Under the pieces are notes generated by a model. The model was not told the origin of the DNA and searched no databases. It saw nothing but the letters and a program-made list of their open reading frames with translations. This document shows, in pieces, positions 26,517 through 35,219 of a stretch of 64,000 nt of DNA. The stretch comes from a virus. Numbering within the stretch: position 1 is the first letter of the stretch; each line of letters begins with the position of its first letter. A program made the position numbers and the translations under genes. The stretch is taken from positions 195-64,194 of IMG/VR virus record IMGVR_UViG_3300009415_000002; one strand, written 5' to 3'.

Positions 26517-26780
26517 TTAGAACAAATCGCCTAGTAATAAAATCCAGGGTTCCCATAAATCTTTATTACCTAACAAAATCCCGTAAGTAATTATTTGAGA
26601 GTTATAAAGATACATAGAAGGATAACCTAACCATAGTACTAATTTCATTGGAGGTTTAAATCTAACTATTTGTATTAATAACAACATGTGGCCAGGTATT
26701 AAAATATAGTCTACACATTTGCAATATAACCATAATGCAAAAAAGATAGGAAAAGTAACTATTGAGAGCAATGTATTCAT
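26517..26780 (-). CDS. Small membrane protein
   Basis: 87 aa, mostly hydrophobic, coupled to pyrG stop. Confidence 0.55.
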   Translation of the reverse strand: MNTLLSIVTFPIFFALWLYCKCVDYILIPGHMLLLIQIVRFKPPMKLVLWLGYPSMYLYNSQIITYGILLGNKDLWEPWILLLGDLF

Positions 26781-28387
26781 ATTTGATTTAAAGTATGTTG
26801 TAATAAACTAATAAATAAAGGATGAGGGTTAAGTAACGTAGATTTAAACTCTGGGTGATATTGAACACCTATAAAGAAAGGATGGGTAAAGTAATCCACT
26901 TCTATACTTTCTACAAGTTTATTATCAGGAGATAAACCACTAATAAATACTTTATCGCTTTTACTAAATAGTCCTCTATAACTATTATTAAACTCATACC
27001 TATGACGATGCCTTTCGTATATAAGAGAACTTCCGTATATTCTTTTTAATAGAGTATCTTCTCTAAGTATAGTAGGGTAAGAACCTAAACGTAATGTACC
27101 ACCAATAGGTAAATCTTTCTTTTCAGGCAGTATATCAATAATAGGATTTTGACAACAAGGGTTAATTTCTGTAGAAGAACAATCTTGTAAACCTAATAAT
27201 TGTTCTGCTAAGAAAATACACATTAATTGCATACCATAGCAAATACCTAAAACAGGTACCTTTTCATAAAATGCTTGTTCTAATAATTCTAAAATACCTG
27301 CAGTGCCAGATTCACCAAAACCACCTGGTATAACTATTGCGTCATAGCTTTTAACATCACAGTCAAAGTACTCACTAGTAGTATCTACAAACACAATGTC
27401 TAAGACACACTCAGTAGGCACTGAAGCGTGTAAAAGAGATTCTTTGATAGATAGATAAGAATCTTCTAAAGAAGCGTATTTACCTACAATAGCAATGCGT
27501 AAAACGGGATAGTTATCTCTATTATTATTTATATAAGAGAACTCGTGAGATTTAGAGTTAAAAGAATCGTCATAATTAGTTCTAGTAATAGAGAGCTTAT
27601 CTTTTAAAGCATTTAATAAACCATTATTAATAAGATAGTAAGGAATTCTATATAAAGAGTCTGCATTAGGACAAGGTATGACATAATCTTCTTGAAAGTA
27701 GCAGTACTTAGATAGTTTACGAATAACCTCATTATCAAGACAATCTTTTGAACGAGCAACTAAGATATCAGGATTAATACCTAGACTACGAAGTTCTTTA
27801 CAAGAGTGTTGAGTAGGTTTAGTTTTTAGTTCACCAGTATTATCAAGATAAGGAATATAACTAACATGAATATAGCAAGTATCATTTTCATCTTGCTCTA
27901 CTTGTATTTGGTGAAGAGATTCCATAAAGGGTTGGGATTCTAAATCACCTATAGTACCACCTACTTCTACAATTAAGTAATCGCAGTTAGATTGGTCAGC
28001 ACAAGAATAAATCCGCCTCTTAATTTCATCAGTTATATGAGGAATAATTTGAACAGTACTTCCTTTATAATAACCATCTCTTTCACGCAGCATAACAGAG
28101 TTATAAGCTTGACCAGTGGTAATATTATTAATTTTTGAAACAGGAGTATTAATAAATCTTTCATAATGACCTAAATCTAAGTCTGTCTCTCCACCATCAT
28201 CAGTAACAAAGACTTCCCCATGTTGTTTAGGATTCATAGTACCAGGGTCCATATTAAGATATGGATCACATTTCATAATAGAAACTGAGTACCCTAAATT
28301 AGTAAGGATATTACCTACGCTAGCAGCTATAATACCCTTACCTATTCCTGAAACAACCCCTCCTGTAACAAATATATATTTAGACAT
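26777..28387 (-). CDS. pyrG: CTP synthase
   Basis: GGVVSGIGKG, KCDPYLNMDPGTM, QHGEVFVTDDGGETDLDLGHYERF, KTKPTQHS, GICYGMQ, ERHRHRYE, QYHPE. Confidence 0.97.
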   Translation of the reverse strand: MSKYIFVTGGVVSGIGKGIIAASVGNILTNLGYSVSIMKCDPYLNMDPGTMNPKQHGEVFVTDDGGETDLDLGHYERFINTPVSKINNITTGQAYNSVMLRERDGYYKGSTVQIIPHITDEIKRRIYSCADQSNCDYLIVEVGGTIGDLESQPFMESLHQIQVEQDENDTCYIHVSYIPYLDNTGELKTKPTQHSCKELRSLGINPDILVARSKDCLDNEVIRKLSKYCYFQEDYVIPCPNADSLYRIPYYLINNGLLNALKDKLSITRTNYDDSFNSKSHEFSYINNNRDNYPVLRIAIVGKYASLEDSYLSIKESLLHASVPTECVLDIVFVDTTSEYFDCDVKSYDAIVIPGGFGESGTAGILELLEQAFYEKVPVLGICYGMQLMCIFLAEQLLGLQDCSSTEINPCCQNPIIDILPEKKDLPIGGTLRLGSYPTILREDTLLKRIYGSSLIYERHRHRYEFNNSYRGLFSKSDKVFISGLSPDNKLVESIEVDYFTHPFFIGVQYHPEFKSTLLNPHPLFISLLQHTLNQI

Positions 28388-28566
28388 ATTTTATTTATAT
28401 AGTATTAAATTTATTATAATCAATTGTGAATAGTAATTACTTATAAAACTTTGAAATACATAGTTAAAAAATCCGCGAGTATCTATGACTACCACTTACA
28501 TATAATAGTTTATACACTAAAAAAGTAAGGATTTAAAGGTAATAATTTATTTAAGATAGGTGTAAG

Positions 28567-29625
28567 ATGAAAGGTACTGAAACAGTATTAATAGCAAGCT
28601 TGATAATATCAATTTATTTGTATACAAATAAAGTTAGTAAAACTATAAACTTGCCAAATAATATAATAACTCTTCAAGAGAGTACAAAGATAATAGAGTC
28701 AAGAGGAGAAGATATTGTAGTAGTATTTACTAGTGGGCCTAAATTTAACAGTTCAAATCAGTTTGCTAGATTTATAGACGAGACTTTATTTGGTAAATTA
28801 AATACAGAGTTAGGCAAAAGAGATATAACTTTTGTGGTGTTAAATACTACATGTTTAGCTAGAACAGAAGTTAGATGTACTGCTAAGTTTACTGATATAG
28901 CTTTATCTATAGCAAAGTTAAAACCTATCGCTGTAGTATACGCTGGTATAGATTCAGGTATCGCTGCTAATTCTTTTGAATCTATAATAAAATCTGAGTC
29001 CATACCTATATATATCATAGGTACTAGAGTAGCTATAGCTAATAATGTATATATAGGTCCTGATAATGTCAAGTTAGGTAAAAGTGCTTATGAAGGGTTA
29101 AAGAAGTATATAGAACCTAATCAAGAAGCTTTGTATGTAGAGACAGTAAGAATAGTAGCTCCGCATGATAAGTTAGATAATGGATATCCTCGTATAAATA
29201 GTGCAAGGCAATTATTTGAGAAAGCAGGAGTAAAAACTAGAGAAACGTTATTTACTGTATGGAATAATGAACAAACTTATTTACAAGTAAGAGTACAGTT
29301 GTTAAGAGAAGGCCCTGTTGAATACATTATTGTTCCTTCAGGAGAAACAGCAATAGGTGCATCAAAAGCTGTCACAGAATTAGGATATAAAGGTAAGGTA
29401 AAAATAGTGGCTTTAGATTTTACAGAAGAAACTTTAGATCTCTTAAAAAGAAAAGAAATATATGGAATTGTTTCACAAGAGCTAAATAAACAAAGTGTAG
29501 CTTTATCAGATATTATAACTACAAAAAGAAAGCCTAATACAAAAGAGATACTCTTTGCATCAGACTTAATTACATTAGAAAATGTCTATAAATTTTATGA
29601 TGATGAAGGCAACGTTATATATTGA
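28567..29625 (+). CDS. Membrane-anchored periplasmic-binding-protein type I (RbsB/sugar-binding-like)
   Basis: N-terminal hydrophobic anchor; YIGPDNVKLGKSA; KIVALDFTEETLDLLKRKEIYGIVSQ. Confidence 0.7.
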   Translation: MKGTETVLIASLIISIYLYTNKVSKTINLPNNIITLQESTKIIESRGEDIVVVFTSGPKFNSSNQFARFIDETLFGKLNTELGKRDITFVVLNTTCLARTEVRCTAKFTDIALSIAKLKPIAVVYAGIDSGIAANSFESIIKSESIPIYIIGTRVAIANNVYIGPDNVKLGKSAYEGLKKYIEPNQEALYVETVRIVAPHDKLDNGYPRINSARQLFEKAGVKTRETLFTVWNNEQTYLQVRVQLLREGPVEYIIVPSGETAIGASKAVTELGYKGKVKIVALDFTEETLDLLKRKEIYGIVSQELNKQSVALSDIITTKRKPNTKEILFASDLITLENVYKFYDDEGNVIY

Positions 29626-29626
29626 T

Positions 29627-30064
29627 CTATTCTGATAGTTCTAATAGTTTTTCTATTCTATCATTTAACTCGCCGTCATTAGATATATTATCAGTGATGA
29701 CATTATCAAGTACACCAACTGAAGTAAGAACTGATACAACTATACCTGCAATTGTGATCCACTTTTTAAGATCCATAGTTTTAGTAAAGATCAAGAAACT
29801 GTTATGAATAAGTGGGTCCATAGAGTTTTCCATAGACTCTAACTTATTTTCTAACTTAGTTATTTTCTCGTCAATCTTTCTTTCTATATCCCTTACATCA
29901 TTGTAAAGTTTGTTTTCTAGTTGCTGAACCCTATCTCTGAGCTTAGTAACATTCTCACCAGTTAATACGTCTTGTTCTTTGAAGTTAGTAATAAAAAAGT
30001 CTATTACTGTTAATTTACTTTTAAGTTCATTTATTTCTTTAAAAAGATTGTAGTCGTCCTGCAT
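29627..30064 (-). CDS. Coiled-coil protein with C-terminal transmembrane helix
   Basis: Heptad-like N-terminus; WITIAGIVVSVLTSVGVL. Confidence 0.6.
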   Translation of the reverse strand: MQDDYNLFKEINELKSKLTVIDFFITNFKEQDVLTGENVTKLRDRVQQLENKLYNDVRDIERKIDEKITKLENKLESMENSMDPLIHNSFLIFTKTMDLKKWITIAGIVVSVLTSVGVLDNVITDNISNDGELNDRIEKLLELSE

Positions 30065-30665
30065 TTTTCTTAGTTTCCAATATGTTTGTTACAAAGGCAG
30101 CGGCATTTCTTACTGCTGCTGTTTCAACAGAGATTGACCCATCCTTCTTATTATTTAACCCACCTATATATCCAACTAGAGTATCGTTAACAAATATAGG
30201 GCAGCTTAAGTAAAATATGTCAGGACTTATTTCGTTATTAGATTCTAAGTTTTTGTATACTACTGAGGATTTAGATATATCAGTAGTGTTCTTTAGAAAG
30301 CAAATGTTGTTAGTATGATAAGTTAACATATCAACATAAAATGGATCATTGTCAGTCGGTTGATTAGGATTAGATAATGCTACATCAGATTTAGATATAA
30401 ATACTTCTCTTTCTGTATAGTTATCTAAGTAAAAGAAAACAAAATATCTATATAAAGATCTTTCTATAGAATCTTTATCTAGAGTTTCACTTATTCTTTT
30501 TTGTATTAATTCCGCTTTTTCTTCTGTTAAGTTTTCAAGAGCTCCTAGTTCATTTGAATTTAGTGCAGTGTATATATTGCCAAGGTGTCTAAATAAAAGA
30601 ACATAAAACAATACAGTAGCACCTGTAATTAGTTGTGATGCAATAAATGCTTTATTTAGTTTCAT
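30039..30665 (-). CDS. N-terminal TM + GAF-like domain protein, T4 holin T-like architecture
   Basis: TM AFIASQLITGATVLFYVLLF; C-terminal PDIFYLSCPIFVNDTLVGYIG resembles the T4 T GAF C-terminus as recalled. Confidence 0.45.
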   Translation of the reverse strand: MKLNKAFIASQLITGATVLFYVLLFRHLGNIYTALNSNELGALENLTEEKAELIQKRISETLDKDSIERSLYRYFVFFYLDNYTEREVFISKSDVALSNPNQPTDNDPFYVDMLTYHTNNICFLKNTTDISKSSVVYKNLESNNEISPDIFYLSCPIFVNDTLVGYIGGLNNKKDGSISVETAAVRNAAAFVTNILETKKNAGRLQSF

Positions 30666-30667
30666 TA

Positions 30668-31126
30668 TTAATTTGATTTGTCAGTTAGAATACATTGTTT
30701 ATAGTTTTTAAGCAATGTGTAAAAGTTAGGATCTAAGACCCCCTCTTTTATAAAAGAAGGACAAGTCTTAAATTGAAAAGATAAGATTCCCCATACATAG
30801 TTTTCTTGTATTAGTAATTGATTAACAATAACTTGTATACCAATTCTTTTTAAATGACTCGTACATTTAAGTTTATTCTCTAAGTTTGAATCACCTACAA
30901 CAATTGAATCTAAATCATCTCCAAATTCAGTTGCTATAACAGAAGTAGGAACATTTTGTACTATAGGTTTAATACTAAATATGTCTTCACAATGCTCAAA
31001 TATAATAGAGAAGGCACTGTCTAAAGATAGCGCGCCTTTTGAATCTTTTACTCCATGGATTTTTGCTATTACAGCTCTATCACATTTTAATTCTCTACAT
31101 ATAGTCTTTAAGTAGTTAGTGATCAT
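30668..31126 (-). CDS. Stand-alone GAF-like domain protein
   Basis: ELKCDRAVIAKIH...HLKRIGIQVIVNQLLIQENYVWGILSFQF GAF pattern. Confidence 0.6.
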   Translation of the reverse strand: MITNYLKTICRELKCDRAVIAKIHGVKDSKGALSLDSAFSIIFEHCEDIFSIKPIVQNVPTSVIATEFGDDLDSIVVGDSNLENKLKCTSHLKRIGIQVIVNQLLIQENYVWGILSFQFKTCPSFIKEGVLDPNFYTLLKNYKQCILTDKSN

Positions 31127-31308
31127 TTTGTATTCTCAGTATTTTCAATTTGCTTAATATTTTTATAAGGATGGTCATCTCCAAATACAGCAAACAAAAG
31201 AGTACCTAGTAATAGTACTATTAATAAACAGCTTGTAGCTAGGCCAAAAACAGAATCATTACTCTTTTTATTTGTACCTGGAGTAGTATACTTTGCAGGA
31301 TCTTTCAT
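31123..31308 (-). CDS. Single-pass small membrane protein
   Basis: 61 aa with one TM helix. Confidence 0.55.
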   Translation of the reverse strand: MKDPAKYTTPGTNKKSNDSVFGLATSCLLIVLLLGTLLFAVFGDDHPYKNIKQIENTENTK

Positions 31309-31557
31309 TTTTCTTATTTATATAATATTAAAGGCGGTTATTAACCGCCTTTAAACTTTTACAAAAGTACTATTAGTAATAAAATAACTAGTACAGAACC
31401 AAGGCTAATATTTAAGTACATTGTTTTAGTTACAGTAATTTGGTGAATTGAGTAAACAGTTATGGTTGTGACAATAAGTTCCTATAGTACTAACTAGTAT
31501 GCAGATAGATAATAAAGCTCCTACTCTAATTAGATGATGTTTAAGTATAGGATTCAC

Positions 31558-31836
31558 TTATACGCGTCCTTTCTTTTTGTGCTTAACAGTCTTAGGTTTT
31601 TTAGCAGTGATAGACATTTTCTGTCCTTTCTTTTTTGATCCGTAGCTAAGCTTTGTTTTTTTACTAGAAGCCTTCTTAGATTTCTTAGCAGTAACAGAAG
31701 CTTTTTGTTTACTTCCTGATTTCTTCTTTTTAGCTTCCATCATCATTTTGAATCTGTCTTTAGGAGACATCTTCTTCATATCGGTTTTTTTACTTGACGG
31801 AGCAGCTTTCTTTTTAGAAGCCATTTTCTTTTTCAT
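31558..31836 (-). CDS. Lys/Ser-rich highly basic protein (histone H1-like composition)
   Basis: 92 aa, about one third Lys. Confidence 0.65.
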   Translation of the reverse strand: MKKKMASKKKAAPSSKKTDMKKMSPKDRFKMMMEAKKKKSGSKQKASVTAKKSKKASSKKTKLSYGSKKKGQKMSITAKKPKTVKHKKKGRV

Positions 31837-32010
31837 AACAAATATATAGTTAGTTTTATACTTTTATATAGTATAGTTAATGTCAAATCATAAAGTAAGC
31901 AATTTTAATACTGGATTCTTTATTTGAGTCTACTTCCATATAAGTAATTACCCAAGCAATAACAGACAATATTAAAAGCATAGAGCAAAGTCTAGTAATA
32001 GTAGCCTTGT

Positions 32011-32166
32011 TCATTTTTTCTTCTTTGCTGTTCTATAAGCTTTTTTAAATTGTTTTTTAGTAGGTGCTTTTTTAGATCCTTTTTTACGCATGGTCTCACC
32101 ACTTCCTTTTTTTATGCGTTTGCGTTTTCTATGAATATTGGCATAGAGACCTTTCTTTTTAGCCAT
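32011..32166 (-). CDS. 51-aa basic protein of the GLYANIH phage family
   Basis: Hand translation MAKKKGLYANIHRKRKRIKKGSGETMRKKGSKKAPTKKQFKKAYRTAKKKK. Confidence 0.7.
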   Translation of the reverse strand: MAKKKGLYANIHRKRKRIKKGSGETMRKKGSKKAPTKKQFKKAYRTAKKKK

Positions 32167-32182
32167 TATTTTTTATTTGAGA

Positions 32183-32623
32183 TTAAGCTCCTATGCTATA
32201 AATAGCTATATTAGAACTACCTGTAGCAGTTATTGCGTGGATTTCTGCTTGTGCAAATTGAGGAATTTCAGAACTCCAACTAGCATCTGAACTAAGTTTT
32301 AACCCACCGTTTACAGCAGAAGGAGCACCAAAGTTAATGTAGATTGCTTCTGATTCTAGGTTCTGAATCATAATATAATCTCTGTTAGTATCCTGTGTAA
32401 GAATAACAGAATCTGTATCACTTACTGAAGTAAAAGTACTAGATATATCTCCTTCAGGATAATTATCTGATTTACCCTTTTCTACAGTTTCAGAGTCAAT
32501 AGTGCCTGATAGTAAATTAGTATAGTGAGAGAGAACATCTCTAGGGACCTTTTGACCATTATTAACATAACGGTTCATTTGACGTTCAGTGGTTTTTATA
32601 TCTTGTGAAAAATCTACAGCCAT
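32183..32623 (-). CDS. Hypothetical protein with C-terminal beta-sandwich, possibly virion-associated (likely start MAVDF at 32623)
   Basis: Longer track start overlaps the divergent ORF. Confidence 0.55.
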   Translation of the reverse strand: MAVDFSQDIKTTERQMNRYVNNGQKVPRDVLSHYTNLLSGTIDSETVEKGKSDNYPEGDISSTFTSVSDTDSVILTQDTNRDYIMIQNLESEAIYINFGAPSAVNGGLKLSSDASWSSEIPQFAQAEIHAITATGSSNIAIYSIGA

Positions 32624-32705
32624 AGTTATAATTGTATATAATGTAATTAAGATTAATAAAGAGCTTATGCGTAATTTTATACTAAAGATAATTCGGCTGT
32701 ACAAG

Positions 32706-32972
32706 ATGTTCAATTTTACTAAAAGCGGTGACTTGATAATCTCTTTCGCTGGTAGCAAAATTGCTATGACAAAGAAAGGAGACATTATAGTTAACTCAAA
32801 GAGACATACTATTCATCATAGAATATTATTTTTAGATGGTTGTGATCAAACTTTCATTGATGAAATGGTTCATGAAAGAGAAAAAGGGAAAGAACATTTT
32901 GAAGATTATGTAACAAGAAAGAATATGGCGACCCATGCTAATGTAGCTTGTAAAGCAAAGGAGTTAGTTTAA
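32706..32972 (+). CDS. Putative short baseplate spike-like protein
   Basis: TKSGDLII / TKKGDIIV beta-repeat; directly upstream of PAAR-like gene. Confidence 0.45.
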   Translation: MFNFTKSGDLIISFAGSKIAMTKKGDIIVNSKRHTIHHRILFLDGCDQTFIDEMVHEREKGKEHFEDYVTRKNMATHANVACKAKELV

Positions 32973-33238
32973 TGGTAATGGCAACTAGAGTAGGAGATTT
33001 TGTAGCTTACACATGTCCACCGCCACCACCTCCTACACCAGGTCCTTTCTTTAAAGGCAGTATGGATACTTTTACAAATAATAGACCCCAAGTAAGAATG
33101 TCAGACCCTTCTTTACCAGGTATTGCTATAGGAGGATCTTTTAAAAGATTTACTAATAACTTGCCCACTGTTAGATTAATTGATCCAGTAGTATGCGGTG
33201 TAATAACAAGAAGTAGTACAGATACCTTTATATTTTAA
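32972..33238 (+). CDS. PAAR-like spike-tip protein
   Basis: ATRVGD...GSMDTFTNNRPQVRMSD...GSFKRFTNNLPTVRLID repeats. Confidence 0.75.
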   Translation: MVMATRVGDFVAYTCPPPPPPTPGPFFKGSMDTFTNNRPQVRMSDPSLPGIAIGGSFKRFTNNLPTVRLIDPVVCGVITRSSTDTFIF

Positions 33239-34413
33239 TGTTTCCTTTATTTGATAAATTTGATGATAGTAACTTTGATATAGATAATCAAGAGTTACAA
33301 ATAGGAGCTAGAACTTTAGCTACTATTAATAGAGAGTACTCAGAGTTAGGCACTCTCAAAACTTGGGTACATGGAGAACAAGAAGCTGATCAAGACTTAA
33401 ACATACTCAGCAGAAAGTATGCTGAATTAATATTTGATGACGTAGCGTGCGATTTTGACTTTAATGATGCTGGTTTTAATGATGATTCTTTTGGGGGTAG
33501 ATACTATTGGAGAGTCGTACATAAATTTACAGAACATGAATTCTATTCTGAGGATACTCCTGAATTTAAAAACTTCTTGATATGGGAAGAAGCTGATCAT
33601 AGATTTCAAATGGATATTATATATAAACACCAAATTGGGGAAACTATAGAGTGGTTAAGACCTCGTACAGAAACTACTGGAGTTTCTACAGGAGCTCCAG
33701 GAACTTCCCCATGCCCTCTATTTGGAGGTACCTCAGCTACTAATGATAAAACAGGTGATAGTAGCTGGATAACAATTCCTAGCCTAATTCCTTTGAATCC
33801 CCCTACTTGTAGACAGTATAAATCTGTATCTATTCCTTACTATAAAGTATTTGATGCAGGTGGTTTTTTAGGGGCTGTAGTAAGTGGAGATACTCCAGAT
33901 AATGTTTATATATTTGATGTAAATCCTACGTTGCTAGAACAAGATCCTAATTTAGATATAGGAGCTTTATTAAAGACTTCTTTAGATAGCGTTAACTATG
34001 GTTCAGGAACTAAAGTAACTTTAACAGAAGCTTTAGCATCAGTTACATCTTCTAGAGGTATAAGTTCAGTAGGTACAGGTAGTGTGTCAGATCCTATTAG
34101 ACTAAGACAAAGATATATTTTAGTAGAATATCTTTCTCCAACAAGCACTACTCCTAAAGAAGGAAAGATAGATTTTTATGGTGTTGAATTTTACAGATCA
34201 TTTGTACCTGTATCAAGAGATCAAGAACCTTTATTAAGAGAACACCCTCCTGCTACACTTGAAAATCCTCACACAAATGATACAATTACATTAACTAGAT
34301 TTAAACCACCTAGTAGAATGGATTTTCCAGATAACTTCTGGAATGATAATAATGTAGATACTATAGAAGCTTATGGTTCTAGAGTAGGAGCAACAGGAGG
34401 AGAATTACTTTGA
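33238..34413 (+). CDS. Hypothetical protein, probable baseplate/tail component
   Basis: 391 aa, coupled to PAAR gene. Confidence 0.55.
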   Translation: MFPLFDKFDDSNFDIDNQELQIGARTLATINREYSELGTLKTWVHGEQEADQDLNILSRKYAELIFDDVACDFDFNDAGFNDDSFGGRYYWRVVHKFTEHEFYSEDTPEFKNFLIWEEADHRFQMDIIYKHQIGETIEWLRPRTETTGVSTGAPGTSPCPLFGGTSATNDKTGDSSWITIPSLIPLNPPTCRQYKSVSIPYYKVFDAGGFLGAVVSGDTPDNVYIFDVNPTLLEQDPNLDIGALLKTSLDSVNYGSGTKVTLTEALASVTSSRGISSVGTGSVSDPIRLRQRYILVEYLSPTSTTPKEGKIDFYGVEFYRSFVPVSRDQEPLLREHPPATLENPHTNDTITLTRFKPPSRMDFPDNFWNDNNVDTIEAYGSRVGATGGELL

Positions 34414-34685
34414 ATAAACAACTAGTAACTAAAGATGGTCGAGTTGTAGTAAGATTACCAATTGGATATAAACTTAAATATATCGACGGTATGAAAGATA
34501 AAAAACTAAATCAAAGTGAGTACTTAATGTACTTATTAGATAATTATGAAGGAGATAACTTAGAAGTGCTAAAACAGTTTAGACATAATTTAGCAAAAAG
34601 GATAAAGAAAGGAATTAACTTTTTATATATTAACGAACTAAAGAAAATAAAGGACTTAATTGATCCAGTCCTAGAAAGACTATGA
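34410..34685 (+). CDS. Hypothetical protein
   Basis: 91 aa, coupled. Confidence 0.55.
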   Translation: MNKQLVTKDGRVVVRLPIGYKLKYIDGMKDKKLNQSEYLMYLLDNYEGDNLEVLKQFRHNLAKRIKKGINFLYINELKKIKDLIDPVLERL

Positions 34686-34933
34686 TAAAAAAACCAGCAT
34701 TCATAACTGTACAAGAAGGTAGTGGTGTATCCCTAAGAGGAATTGTATCTCTAATCCTAGATGATTTTCCTAATACAGACATGTTTATAATGGAAGATAC
34801 CGAATACTACTTTGTGATAAAGTTTATATACGATGACTTTGTTGAAGTGCAAGAAATTGCAGCTGCAATCAGTTATTTATTAATACAAGAAGGAATCTGT
34901 GAATTTACAACTACATTAAACTGCGATGAATAA
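34682..34933 (+). CDS. Hypothetical acidic protein
   Basis: 83 aa, coupled. Confidence 0.55.
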   Translation: MIKKPAFITVQEGSGVSLRGIVSLILDDFPNTDMFIMEDTEYYFVIKFIYDDFVEVQEIAAAISYLLIQEGICEFTTTLNCDE

Positions 34934-35219
34934 TATTTCAAAATACATGCTCGTATATAACATAACAGCATTGCCTGCTATTCTATATGCTTCAATGACA
35001 CCCGCTGACGAACCTTTAACATTTGATTCAGATAAATTAGAAATACCACCAGATCTAAATGGTATTCCTATAGAGTTAAGAATTAGTATATATAATCCAG
35101 AAGGTAAGTTAATAGAGTTAGCAAGTAATATGTTACCAGCCAACTCTGTAGTAATTGCTCAAACTGCACAACTCACTGGACTAAAGTTAGTAAAGAAGTT
35201 AATTGACAACTTAAGCTAA
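34926..35219 (+). CDS. Hypothetical protein
   Basis: 97 aa; converges on the giant gene with overlapping ends. Confidence 0.55.
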   Translation: MNNISKYMLVYNITALPAILYASMTPADEPLTFDSDKLEIPPDLNGIPIELRISIYNPEGKLIELASNMLPANSVVIAQTAQLTGLKLVKKLIDNLS

